Of a stretch of DNA of 24,408 nucleotides, positions 1 to 9,710 are shown in pieces. Made by a program: the position numbers and the translations under genes. Each line of letters opens with the position of its first letter. The stretch's first letter is position 1. The stretch lies in NCBI GenBank assembly GCA_030614005.1, contig JAUWKS010000049.1, positions 1-24,408 on the forward strand, written 5' to 3'. The notes under the pieces were generated by a model. The model was not told the DNA's origin. It ran no database searches and saw only the letters and a program-made list of their open reading frames with translations. Source of the DNA: Candidatus Heimdallarchaeota archaeon. GTDB taxonomy: Archaea > Asgardarchaeota > Heimdallarchaeia > JABLTI01.

Positions 1-1
1 A

Positions 2-1729
2 GAACAATTTTCAATTATATCAGCAATTCAAAACGAATCTAACAAGACATTGCTTATTGATGCAGAAACGGGTAGCGGGAAAACTGCCGCTGTTCTCTCT
101 GCGGTGTTAAGTAGAAAACAACCTGGAGAACGGATAGTAATTTTTACTAAAATGCTTAGCCAAATGGATGCTTGGTTTAGAGAATTGGGAATGATTAATG
201 ATTTTAATAAAAAAATTGGCAATCCAATATATACAATTGTTCCACTTGTTGGGAAAAGCCATATCTGCCCACTGGTAACTCGAGAAACAAAAAAACAATT
301 CTCTCAATTAGGGTGTGCATTATTTGAATGTACATACAATAAAGCGTTTCATATTATAAAATCAGGAGAAAGCATAGAACAGTTCTCAGCAAAAATCGCT
401 AGAGAAATTGGTGAGCATATTAAAATTGGTGTTGGATTATCAGAAGTATTGTGGACCTTGGAGAATAAAATAGAAAATTTCGGTTGCCCATACCTTGCAC
501 TCAAATGTGCATTAAATCAAGCAGATATCGTCATTACAACATACCCTTTTCTTTTAGAACCCGGATTACAAGAAATGTTATTTGAGAATATGTCATTAGA
601 TCTTAGAAATGCCACACTAATTGTTGACGAAGCACACAATTTAGCTAAAGGCGCAGTGGGGAGTTTAACATATCGAATGGTTGAACGTGCTATTGCTGAA
701 ATAGGACAGAATGAGATTTTAGATCAATTACTGGATTTAAGGATGGAAGAAGGACTCCATACACTAAGTTTAGATGAAAATTTAGTGAAAGATTTAGAAA
801 ATAGGGGAAGACAATATCTCCTTTCGAGATTTGACAATGGACATCGAGAAATAAGCTATACATTAAAAGTAACTGAATTCATTAGAAGAATAAATTATTG
901 TTATTTAACAGCAGAGAAAAGATTCACACTGTTCTTGAAAGACCCAAGAACGATTCTCAATTCAGTAAAACCTTCAAAACAGATAATACTCATGTCAGGT
1001 ACTTTTCGACCACTAAACCATTTCGCAGATTTTCTAGGTGTGATGAATGCTCACAAAGTTTCAGTACTCTCCGAAAAATTAGGACAAAATAGATTAATTT
1101 TAACGACAAGTGATCCCGAGCTAACGATGAAATATAAAAAAAGATCAAAAGAGCTTTTTATCAAATATGGTGAAACAATAAAACAACTCGCAGATAAAAT
1201 TCCAGGGCACACACTAGTCTTTACTCCAAATTATGGAGTATCAGAAGTTATCTCAACCTTAGTTAATACAGAATATTATGAGAGACCAAATCAAGATGTT
1301 TCTAAACTGATCTCGGCAGTAACATCCAGTAAAAAGAAATTAGTTCTTGTTGCTCCGGCAAGAGGGAAAGTATCAGAAGGAGTTGAATTTGTGAAAAATG
1401 ATCGTTCTCTAATATCTGCAGTTATTATTGCTGGGATGCCATATCCACCTCCTTCACGATCTTTAAAAGAAATTATCAAAGAATACAGCAAATTTTGGGG
1501 GGAAGAGAAAGCAACAAACTATATGAACTATCTTCAAGCAGCAGTAACAATGAGGCAATGCTTGGGGAGAATGTTGCGTTCGGAAAATGATGTTGGTGCA
1601 TGGATAATTCTAGATAATAGAGTAAATAACATGAATATCTTCCCACGATCGATTGAATGTAAAAATACCGATAGAATGTTGGAGAGGTTGATTTTCTTTT
1701 TCAGTCAATATAAAATGCTCGGGGAATAA
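2..1729 (+). CDS. xpd: XPD/Rad3-family Fe-S 5'-3' DNA helicase (5' end cut by window edge)
   Basis: Frame is open from base 2 (EQFSIISAIQ... Q-motif region), so the TTG at 50 is not the true start. Walker A DAETGSGKT; four Cys of the 4Fe-4S domain (GKSHIC, CALFEC, GCPY); motif II IVDEAH; motif III SGT; motif V GKVSEG; motif VI QCLGRMLR. Confidence 0.93.
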   Translation, partial: EQFSIISAIQNESNKTLLIDAETGSGKTAAVLSAVLSRKQPGERIVIFTKMLSQMDAWFRELGMINDFNKKIGNPIYTIVPLVGKSHICPLVTRETKKQFSQLGCALFECTYNKAFHIIKSGESIEQFSAKIAREIGEHIKIGVGLSEVLWTLENKIENFGCPYLALKCALNQADIVITTYPFLLEPGLQEMLFENMSLDLRNATLIVDEAHNLAKGAVGSLTYRMVERAIAEIGQNEILDQLLDLRMEEGLHTLSLDENLVKDLENRGRQYLLSRFDNGHREISYTLKVTEFIRRINYCYLTAEKRFTLFLKDPRTILNSVKPSKQIILMSGTFRPLNHFADFLGVMNAHKVSVLSEKLGQNRLILTTSDPELTMKYKKRSKELFIKYGETIKQLADKIPGHTLVFTPNYGVSEVISTLVNTEYYERPNQDVSKLISAVTSSKKKLVLVAPARGKVSEGVEFVKNDRSLISAVIIAGMPYPPPSRSLKEIIKEYSKFWGEEKATNYMNYLQAAVTMRQCLGRMLRSENDVGAWIILDNRVNNMNIFPRSIECKNTDRMLERLIFFFSQYKMLGE

Positions 1730-1747
1730 TAAGCGATTTCTCTCCTC

Positions 1748-1772
1748 ATTTAGCTCTTTTAAAGCAAAATTT
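1748..1772 (+). promoter_or_regulatory. Shared promoter box copy 1 (ATTTAGCTCTTTTAAAGCAAAATTT) upstream of the surface-protein operon
   Basis: Intergenic; 23/25 identical to 16626-16650; contains TATA-like TTTAAA; GAGGT RBS follows at 1808-1812. Confidence 0.65.
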
Positions 1773-1821
1773 TACCAGAGATAAATGAGAATGAACTAGA
1801 ATCATCAGAGGTTGTAGAAAA

Positions 1822-4800
1822 ATGAAAAAGAAAGCACTAATCTTAATTGCAATTTACATTCTAACAATTGCAGTATCTATGAACAATACAATTGAGAATT
1901 CTTTTCCAGAAGAACATCAAATTGTTTTTGATAAAGAAGATTTGAAAAATGGATTTATTAGTTTTGAAGTTCAACCAGACGCACAAAGTAATCCAATTAG
2001 TGATGAGATGTCTCCTTTAGATCTGACTTCTCCATCGTATACAAGCCTAACTCTCTCAGAGAATGATCCAATAGCAGAAGGAACAAATGTATCCTTACAA
2101 AGCATTACGACATCCAGTGGCTACGGTGTTTCCTCTGGTGAAGTTGATTTTCTAGATTTTGAACTCTACAAAGTAGAAAATGATACTACCTCTGACATAA
2201 TCTACTCAAATAAAATCGCAGTAAAAATTAACATTCCAGAAGCAATAACAATATTTGGTTTTGTTATTGATGCAGCACCTACAATTAGAGAAGATGTTAA
2301 TTTCTCTATAAGAAACAGTCTTTCAGGTGCTGATTTAAAAACAGGTCTTATTTCTGAAAGTATTGGAGACAGTGCCCAAACTGATCAACAATTATTACAC
2401 GTTCCGTTCAGCTATTCAGGATCAAGTGGTTCCTTGTCATTGACCGCTACTACTGATTATTATTTTATACTAGAACCAACGATTTCAACCTCATCATCAT
2501 TTTTTGAAATTACACAATCTGATGATACTCCTGATAATTTGGGAGTGTTTACTTGGACAGGAAGTGCGTATGAAGAGATTAATTCAGATATCCATTTCTA
2601 TCTCATAACACAACAAAATCAGCTTGCAGTAAATGAACCTGTGAACGGAAGTGGTGAAGCATCAACAACTTGGGTACCTATTGCAATAGGTGATCACTCA
2701 ATAGTTGCTTGGTATGGAGGATCAATATTCTATAAAGAGAGTTTTGGGTCGATCTATAGAAGTGTCGTTCCATCAATGGAGACATTCTACGTTACAGTAA
2801 ATCCAGCATTTGCAGCCTATCAAGATGAAGTAAATATTCAAGCATCTGTTTTAACTGAATCTTTCACTCCTGCTCTTGGAACAACAGTTCAATTTTCGTA
2901 TTCGGAAGATGGATTTTCATGGATACCAATTGGAATTAGTATTTGTAATGATTTAGGGATAGCAACAATTGATATTCAACTTGATTTACAAACAGATAAT
3001 TATTCATTGATGGCCAAAGTAAATGAGGTTTCATACGATGAAAGCTATTTGCTAATTTCTCCTGAAACAATTGTTTGGACAAATATTGGACTAGAAGGTT
3101 CGTTTAGAAATAATTTTGGATTTCCATCAGATGTAGTTTTAACAACAACTCTTCTAGTAGAAGATGATGATGGAATTATTGTGCCAAATATGGATTTTGA
3201 CTTTTGGTATTTAATTGATGGGAACTTTGAACGAATACCACATGCTTTCACAACAAATGAAAGCGGCATGTTTGATGTAGTTTACTCGATAGAGGATCTT
3301 TCAGTTGGTACATATTATAATACTCATTTCTTCTGCCCAGCAGATTATGAAGTTAACTACGAGGGAGATTCAGAATTTGGTGACTCCATCGTTTACAAGG
3401 GTAATTTGAACGTTGAAATCAATGATTATAGCATTGACTGGTATGACGATGTAGAGTTCAATGCTCGAGTAATATCTATTGGCGAAGGTATGAGCGATAT
3501 TTATGTTGAATTTGCTTACTATGCAAATAGTCAATGGAATACTATTGGAACAGAGCTAACAAATAGCTCAGGATATGCAACCTATACTTGGGATCAAGTT
3601 GATCTCTTAATGGGTATTTATCCATTGAGAGCAAGAACCTTAGAAACTTCATTATTCAACTCAAATGAATCTGTGAGTTACTTTTCCGTTGGGAAAAATG
3701 ATATTGTACTTTTCATAATGAATGATGGCGAACCAAGAGGGAATGGTGAAGAAATCGATGTTGAATTCACAACCTCTATGAATCTCGTATTCTACGTTGA
3801 ATTTGCAGATGGCTCACCCGCACCCAATCTTCTAATAGAAGTGAAAGGTCGATTATTAGATGAAGTATTTTATCAGACGCTAGGATACATCACAACAAAT
3901 GGTTCAGGATACGCTACTCTGACGAGTTACGAAGAACTGGATTTGGTTGGCTATCAATATGCATGTATTGCCGAAATTGCAGAAAATGGCCAACACAGTG
4001 GCTCGCAACTCTACTTCAAAATAAACCTCCTAAAATGCACTCCGGTGATAATCTTTGCTGATCATTTAGGAGCGAAAGGTACCTATGTTGAATTTACTGC
4101 AGAATTGTTTAATTCAGAAAACTTTCCCCTAGAAAATGTTCATGTACAATTTATAATTAATGGAGTAATTGTTGAAGGAACAACAGATCACAATGGATAT
4201 GTTAGAGTTTTATATGCCCCAATAAGTGCTACTGGACAGCATATTATCTATTGCCGTAGTGTAGAAGATGACTTCTTTAACACAATTCAAGTCGAAGCGG
4301 TATTAACGCTCAACAAAGGAACACCGTATCTTTCTGTACTCGAAGCTCATGGAAAAATAGATGATTTCATTACTATTAAACTACTAGCGATTGATTCGCT
4401 AAGTCGTCCGATAGAAGGCTTAGATATTCGATTAACATTTGATAGTTGGAGTCAAATTTTAACTACTGATTCATTTGGATTGATTGATTATACTTTCCTC
4501 GCTGGTGATATTGAAGTTGGAAGTTATTTGCTCGTTCTTTCTTTTGAAGGTAATGATAATTGGGTGGATATAACCGAAACTGGTACATTAATTATCACTG
4601 CATCTAATTCAACTATTGAATTACAGCAAGAAGCAATCATCAAATCTTTTGGTGAAGAATTGTTTTTGGAAGCTATTCTTCTATCAGAATTTGGAGATCC
4701 AATAAATGGCCGTATTGTCGAGATTGTTTTGTTTTTTGACAATGGCACATATCTTGTCTTGGGACAAAGTACAACAGACATTAATGGTTATGTACAATTT

Positions 4801-6984
4801 ACAATTCTGATTCAATTACTGCCTGATACTTATGAGTTAGGTGTGCGTTTTTCTGGAGATATTGAGTTTGGTCCTTCTTCTGATAGTACATCACTTGTTG
4901 TACAACAAGCAATAACTATGTTTATCGGAAATAATTTCGAGGCAATTCAAAATTCAACTGCATCTTTTAGCGTTACCTTGGTAGATCAATTTGGCATTCC
5001 AATTTCTAATCAAATAGTCGAACTATATTATTGGGATGAAAACTCATGGGTATTTATTGGTGAATTTGTCACTTCCTCTTTAGGTATTGCTGAACTCGCA
5101 TTTCAAACCCCCGCTATTCTAGGTGTGCATTATCTAAGAGTGCATTATAATGGTAATGAATATTACAATTCAGTTTACCTGCCATTAGAGATGACCGTTA
5201 TTGAACCACCCCCAAAAATCGTTCCAATAGTAGCATTGGGAGTAAATAAATCAACAATTGCAGATCACGAAATAGGTCAAATAACAATTAGTGTTTCAAA
5301 TGCACTTCCCGGGGCATCTATCGAAGCTTTTGTGTATGTTGACAACGTGTTATTTGATACAGTTACAATCGTTAATGGTTTGATAATCTATTATTGGAGT
5401 TCATCAGTTACTGGTACATTTACTATAAAATTCGTAACAATAGCTGATTCAGTATACGAAGTATCTACTAATTCAATCACTTTAGAAGTGGAAACAAATG
5501 TTCCCCCAACATTGGTTAGCTATTCCTTCAAAGATTATTTGTGTGAAGGTGAGCTATTCGTTTTTGAAGCCGTAGTTACTGATTCATCAGGAGTTAAATC
5601 TGTTTGGTGTGTAATAAACGGAACAAAGTATGAAATGAATTTAGTAAATGGTAAATATGAAGTTACTATCTTCTTGTTACAAACAGGTCAGTATATACTG
5701 AGCGTACAAGCAGAAGATGAACAAGGAAACGTTGCAAATTTCCCAATCGAAGAAGGATTGCTAGTTCATAGCAAGAAAACACAACTGGTAGATTATAAAT
5801 TAGACTCAATAGTAGTTGAAGAGGATAAGGAATTTACTTTTGTTGCTCTAATTTATTCTGAAAATTCTATCAGTCAAGTCATTTTGATAATTAACTCTAC
5901 AGAATATCTAATGTCTTTTAATTATCAAATAAATCAACATACAAGTGTTTGGAAAATAACCATTGACCCTTTGAGTGTGGGATTGTATAAAATTAGCGTT
6001 AAAATTGTAGAAGAATCAGATGAATTTTTTGTAGACAAAATTGAAGAAGCAATCTTAGTTATTCCCAAAACACCAATATTAACCGATTGCAAATGGGAAA
6101 TACCAGATGATGGACCAGGAGATTACATCTCAGGGAATATTACAATTAATTCCTACTATGAACTAAGTTCAGTACAAATTTGGATAGATGATCAACTGAT
6201 AACAGTAATCAAAATTGGCGATGGGTTATATTCATTTTATGGCACAATTTCAACCGCAAAAAGCCATACGCTAACAATAAAAGCAGTTGATATCAATGGA
6301 AGAGTTTTGAACATTCAATTAGATCTCGATAAAAATGCTGGTGCAAACATCATTATGATTTCATTATTGGTATCTAGTGCAATACTGATTTTTCTGATAA
6401 GTTGTGGGACAATTTTTGCTAAAAAGTACATGAAGAAAAAACCGACTAATATTTTTGACTCACAAATTGAGCTACCTGAAATCGAAGATATTGACACTGA
6501 ATCCTCTCCCTCCGAAGAGGGCCCATTGGATTTAATCGAAGAAATCGAATCTATCCATTCTAACGTAGAAGAACCAATTGCTTCTGAGGAACCCTTGCTA
6601 GTGGAAGAGGGACCAAATGATGAGTTTGTTGATCCAGATAATCTAGCAGTAGCTTCTGCTTGCCCTTTCTCTATCGATAGAGAAGAACCTAGTAAATCAG
6701 AAGAACAATACGACGAAAATCTAAAACATGTCAAAGAATACTTACAGAAAGTAAAAGAAGACGGTCTCATAGAGTACGTAAACGGTTCTAAAGAAAATGG
6801 TGATGAGGAATATACCTCACTCGATCAATTAACTTCTTTTTCTATAGAAATTGATCAGAGAGTGTTGCCAAAAGATGCCTTATCTGCCAAATTGGAAGTA
6901 GAGAAGGAAGAAGAGCGTATGCAATCTACTGTCTATGATTTAAAGGAAATCGCAGAGGAAATTGAACAAACGTTTAGTGGATAG
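1822..6984 (+). CDS. Giant cell-surface type I membrane protein: signal peptide, tandem bacterial-type Ig-like modules, C-terminal TM helix, ~187-aa acidic cytoplasmic tail
   Basis: N-terminal MKKK plus hydrophobic stretch; recurring T[DN]xxG[YI][AV] motifs; single TM (IIMISLLVSSAILIFLISCGTIFA, nt 6349-6420) followed by stop-transfer KKYMKKK; E/D-rich tail. Confidence 0.85.
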   Translation: MKKKALILIAIYILTIAVSMNNTIENSFPEEHQIVFDKEDLKNGFISFEVQPDAQSNPISDEMSPLDLTSPSYTSLTLSENDPIAEGTNVSLQSITTSSGYGVSSGEVDFLDFELYKVENDTTSDIIYSNKIAVKINIPEAITIFGFVIDAAPTIREDVNFSIRNSLSGADLKTGLISESIGDSAQTDQQLLHVPFSYSGSSGSLSLTATTDYYFILEPTISTSSSFFEITQSDDTPDNLGVFTWTGSAYEEINSDIHFYLITQQNQLAVNEPVNGSGEASTTWVPIAIGDHSIVAWYGGSIFYKESFGSIYRSVVPSMETFYVTVNPAFAAYQDEVNIQASVLTESFTPALGTTVQFSYSEDGFSWIPIGISICNDLGIATIDIQLDLQTDNYSLMAKVNEVSYDESYLLISPETIVWTNIGLEGSFRNNFGFPSDVVLTTTLLVEDDDGIIVPNMDFDFWYLIDGNFERIPHAFTTNESGMFDVVYSIEDLSVGTYYNTHFFCPADYEVNYEGDSEFGDSIVYKGNLNVEINDYSIDWYDDVEFNARVISIGEGMSDIYVEFAYYANSQWNTIGTELTNSSGYATYTWDQVDLLMGIYPLRARTLETSLFNSNESVSYFSVGKNDIVLFIMNDGEPRGNGEEIDVEFTTSMNLVFYVEFADGSPAPNLLIEVKGRLLDEVFYQTLGYITTNGSGYATLTSYEELDLVGYQYACIAEIAENGQHSGSQLYFKINLLKCTPVIIFADHLGAKGTYVEFTAELFNSENFPLENVHVQFIINGVIVEGTTDHNGYVRVLYAPISATGQHIIYCRSVEDDFFNTIQVEAVLTLNKGTPYLSVLEAHGKIDDFITIKLLAIDSLSRPIEGLDIRLTFDSWSQILTTDSFGLIDYTFLAGDIEVGSYLLVLSFEGNDNWVDITETGTLIITASNSTIELQQEAIIKSFGEELFLEAILLSEFGDPINGRIVEIVLFFDNGTYLVLGQSTTDINGYVQFTILIQLLPDTYELGVRFSGDIEFGPSSDSTSLVVQQAITMFIGNNFEAIQNSTASFSVTLVDQFGIPISNQIVELYYWDENSWVFIGEFVTSSLGIAELAFQTPAILGVHYLRVHYNGNEYYNSVYLPLEMTVIEPPPKIVPIVALGVNKSTIADHEIGQITISVSNALPGASIEAFVYVDNVLFDTVTIVNGLIIYYWSSSVTGTFTIKFVTIADSVYEVSTNSITLEVETNVPPTLVSYSFKDYLCEGELFVFEAVVTDSSGVKSVWCVINGTKYEMNLVNGKYEVTIFLLQTGQYILSVQAEDEQGNVANFPIEEGLLVHSKKTQLVDYKLDSIVVEEDKEFTFVALIYSENSISQVILIINSTEYLMSFNYQINQHTSVWKITIDPLSVGLYKISVKIVEESDEFFVDKIEEAILVIPKTPILTDCKWEIPDDGPGDYISGNITINSYYELSSVQIWIDDQLITVIKIGDGLYSFYGTISTAKSHTLTIKAVDINGRVLNIQLDLDKNAGANIIMISLLVSSAILIFLISCGTIFAKKYMKKKPTNIFDSQIELPEIEDIDTESSPSEEGPLDLIEEIESIHSNVEEPIASEEPLLVEEGPNDEFVDPDNLAVASACPFSIDREEPSKSEEQYDENLKHVKEYLQKVKEDGLIEYVNGSKENGDEEYTSLDQLTSFSIEIDQRVLPKDALSAKLEVEKEEERMQSTVYDLKEIAEEIEQTFSG
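2041..6330 (+). repeat. Protein-level tandem Ig-like (Big-type) modules, about 10 of one type plus about 3 of a second type
   Basis: Type 1 hallmarks at ~95-110 aa spacing: PVNGSGEA, CNDLGIA, TTNESGMF, TNSSGYA, TTNGSGYA, TTDHNGYV, TTDSFGLI, TTDINGYV, VTSSLGIA, TIVNGLI. Type 2: VTDSSGVKSV...GQYILSVQAEDEQGN; SENSISQV...GLYKISVK; SYYELSSV...HTLTIKAVDINGR. Divergent at DNA level. Confidence 0.7.
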
Positions 6985-7023
6985 AGAATTGGAGGGTTAA
7001 GAATACACAAAAGAAAATCACTA

Positions 7024-8238
7024 ATGAACAGAGGTGCTTTACGCAAAATACTAAAAATTAGTATAGGGATATTTGTTATTCTCCTTTCTTTTACTAGTTC
7101 ATTTATGAAAATTAATCAAGGGTCTTATTCACCTATAGAGTACTCGCCAAATAATACAATACAAAGCACCGTACAAGAATATTCTTTCAATGACTTGGGA
7201 ATAACAATCAATCAATTTATCTGGTCTGAAAAGGGCACATTCCAATTGTTTGTAAACAAAACATTTGATATCAATAACAACGGCCCAATCGTTTTATTAT
7301 TAGAATTTTCTACTCAAGGGGACAAACCAGACAGTCCAGGTTATAAAATACTTGGGGAATTTAACCAGCATTCATTTGAAACATCAATTCCAAGATGGAT
7401 GATAGGTAGCTCCGATAATCATGGAGTAATAAAACAACTAGCCATTCCTTTAGAAGGAGAAGGGCGGTTATATAGTAACTATTTCGAGCTGACAATTGAG
7501 GTTAAAAATGAATTTGATGCTTTTGCGGAAGGTTCTTTGCAAATCCTTGGAAGCTCAAAACTATTAATTGGTGATGATTTACTAGTAGATACATTCGGAC
7601 ATTTTTCAGCAAAAATGTACACCGAATTTTTGTTTGGTACTACAACTTTAGGTGGAATTAGAGCCAAGTCATATATTCAAATGACGATAAATAATGAAAC
7701 GCTTTTATCATACGGAAATTATCAACTGCAATTTTCGCTAGAAATTCATGGAGAAGTTGCTGTTTCTTTATTTTTATTTGATACAAATATGCAATCATTT
7801 TCTATGGAGAAAAATCAAACAGATGACTATACTTCAGAAATTACCTCAGATATTTCACCTGTTTTAGGAGTCAATCTTTACACACTTGAAATCGCTGTCT
7901 ATAGTGAGAATATTTGGAGTTCAACTTTCAATATTAGTATTTTAAATGTGTATCTAAATGTAGAATATACTGAAAAAAGTGGCTTTGGTTTCGATGATCT
8001 TGAAATACCTTTCTTTCAATGGCCTTCCTATCCCGTTGTAGGAGTAATAATTCTAGCAATTTGGATTTTGCCCTTTTCTGTTCTTAAATATCGAGCTTGG
8101 AAGAAACTCCCTGGGGAAGTGGAAATCAATTTCCTTGAAGATGACGATGCAATAAATATTATGGATCCAGAAGGATTGTCTGTGGATGATCAAGATGATG
8201 ATATCGATGAAACATTTGAATTTGATGAGGATGAGTAA
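7024..8238 (+). CDS. Hypothetical type I membrane protein, beta-rich ectodomain, acidic C-terminal tail
   Basis: N-terminal signal/TM (ISIGIFVILLSFTSSF); C-terminal TM (VVGVIILAIWILPFSVL) then KYRAWKK; tail ends DDQDDDIDETFEFDEDE. Confidence 0.75.
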   Translation: MNRGALRKILKISIGIFVILLSFTSSFMKINQGSYSPIEYSPNNTIQSTVQEYSFNDLGITINQFIWSEKGTFQLFVNKTFDINNNGPIVLLLEFSTQGDKPDSPGYKILGEFNQHSFETSIPRWMIGSSDNHGVIKQLAIPLEGEGRLYSNYFELTIEVKNEFDAFAEGSLQILGSSKLLIGDDLLVDTFGHFSAKMYTEFLFGTTTLGGIRAKSYIQMTINNETLLSYGNYQLQFSLEIHGEVAVSLFLFDTNMQSFSMEKNQTDDYTSEITSDISPVLGVNLYTLEIAVYSENIWSSTFNISILNVYLNVEYTEKSGFGFDDLEIPFFQWPSYPVVGVIILAIWILPFSVLKYRAWKKLPGEVEINFLEDDDAINIMDPEGLSVDDQDDDIDETFEFDEDE

Positions 8239-8240
8239 AA

Positions 8241-9020
8241 ATGTCTAATGATTCAACAGTACTGATAGAACAACAATCATTAACAACAAATAATGAAAAT
8301 AGTTTTTCAGCAAAAAAGCTAAAAGAAAAAATAACCAAAATACTTCCATATCTAAAACCGGGGCTAATAAATTCAATAATTTCGTTTATTGTTTTTCTAA
8401 TTATACTATTAATTTCACAAAAATTAATGATATCATTCCTATTTACCATTCTTGCCTACTTCACAATTAGCTTATTTGTCAAGCCAGTAATTGTAGATAA
8501 ATTTGGTTCTAACTTAAATTTCCCTGGTTTATCAAGGTCCAAAAATAAAACTGGAATTATTGATACAACAAGTAAATCGACAATTCTAGTTCGGCAAGAT
8601 AGATTTTTGGTCTGCATAGCTCTATTGAAGGTTGAATGGGATCTGAGTTATATTCGATTAGTGACCCTCTGGGACTTCTTTCAAGAAGAAGGGATACAAA
8701 TTCATGATTGCCGGGAAGGTTGTTTCTTTGTTATTAGAAAAAAGGCTCGTTTCAAAAATAGTAAATCTCTAGAAGAAGAGGCGAAAAAATTGATCAAAGA
8801 AATTGAAAGAACAACACTTCTAACTAGAAAAAAATTCGATATGGAATATGACAATTTTCATTTGCGTTTAGTAAAAGGACAAAAGAACATTTTAACGATT
8901 CTCAATTTGGGATTAGCTCCCCACAAATTCAAAATTTATCAAGAAATGTCCGAAGAGGATTTTGCAAGTTTACGATCAGTTTCTTCGGATGTGCAATCTA
9001 ATCAAGGAAGTGAAGAATAA
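8241..9020 (+). CDS. Hypothetical membrane protein with 2 N-terminal TM helices and a basic cytoplasmic alpha/beta domain
   Basis: Hydrophobic hairpin (GLINSIISFIVFLIILLIS / LMISFLFTILAYFTISLFV); K/R-rich C-terminal domain; 2 nt after the previous stop, consistent with an operon. Confidence 0.75.
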   Translation: MSNDSTVLIEQQSLTTNNENSFSAKKLKEKITKILPYLKPGLINSIISFIVFLIILLISQKLMISFLFTILAYFTISLFVKPVIVDKFGSNLNFPGLSRSKNKTGIIDTTSKSTILVRQDRFLVCIALLKVEWDLSYIRLVTLWDFFQEEGIQIHDCREGCFFVIRKKARFKNSKSLEEEAKKLIKEIERTTLLTRKKFDMEYDNFHLRLVKGQKNILTILNLGLAPHKFKIYQEMSEEDFASLRSVSSDVQSNQGSEE

Positions 9021-9035
9021 ACACAGGTGAAAACT

Positions 9036-9710
9036 ATGGCTTTTGATTCGTTTAGTATCTTAACATTGTATAAAGCAATCGAGCTTTTACTCCTCTTTTG
9101 GTTATTAGGATTACTGTTTAAGTGGGTACTTGCTTTTGTTTTTGGAGAAAAAGGGGCAAAGATGATTGGCTTCATAGGTTACGCAGTGAACTTTGCCTTA
9201 AAGAAATTCATTCTAACTAAAGTTTTCAGGATTGAAGTTGAGGAGAGCAATCCTTTCAAATTAGCTTTCAAACATGAAGAAACAAACCGGTGGGATATCT
9301 TGTTTACCTCTCTAGTATTAGTTCCGATGAGTATTGGGCTAGTACTTGGTGTGTTAGTTGGTACAATTGGTTTGGTCTTGGAAGAGGATCTGGTAATTTT
9401 ATCTATCTTCTTATACATTTTTGGATTTCTAATTGCAGTTAATTCTGTACCGACTTTCCAAGATATAAAGGAGTTAAAGGATTGTTCAGCTCGCTCAATT
9501 CTAATTTGGTTTGGAATAGCAACAATACTATGTGCAATCATTTCTTCACTTTTATTCCCAGTCATTGAAATTCTTGGTATTGTACTTGGGGTTATTGTCG
9601 GTGTTTTGATTACAACTCTTATGACATTCTTTATTCCCCCATTATCTGAGAAAATGAATTCTGAAGAAAGCACCTCATTAGTAGGAGGAACAGTTGATTT
9701 AGATGGATAA
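9036..9710 (+). CDS. Multi-pass membrane protein, M50/putative-zincin (DUF3267-like) fold with HExxH fully lost
   Basis: Likely ATG start at 9036 (GGTGA RBS at 9026-9030 includes the track's GTG). GFIGYAVNFALKKFILTKVFRIEV aligns to the PGxxxHExxHxxxxKxxxxxV pattern; LYIFGFLIAVNSVPTFQD matches the PxxxD motif; paralog of 16713..17540. Confidence 0.6.
   Translation: MAFDSFSILTLYKAIELLLLFWLLGLLFKWVLAFVFGEKGAKMIGFIGYAVNFALKKFILTKVFRIEVEESNPFKLAFKHEETNRWDILFTSLVLVPMSIGLVLGVLVGTIGLVLEEDLVILSIFLYIFGFLIAVNSVPTFQDIKELKDCSARSILIWFGIATILCAIISSLLFPVIEILGIVLGVIVGVLITTLMTFFIPPLSEKMNSEESTSLVGGTVDLDG

Noticed and set aside
6315-6770. 151-aa Ser-rich minus-strand ORF, and the other 64-96 aa overlapping ORFs in the track
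   Set aside because: Shadows of GAA/GAT-rich coding strands fully inside better-supported genes.
6982-7023. The 1720-aa and 404-aa genes are in frame, separated by a single TAG and 13 sense codons (possible amber/pyrrolysine readthrough fusion)
   Set aside because: TAG is an ordinary stop elsewhere in the window (hef, esterase); the second protein has its own signal peptide; such in-frame adjacency is common by chance.
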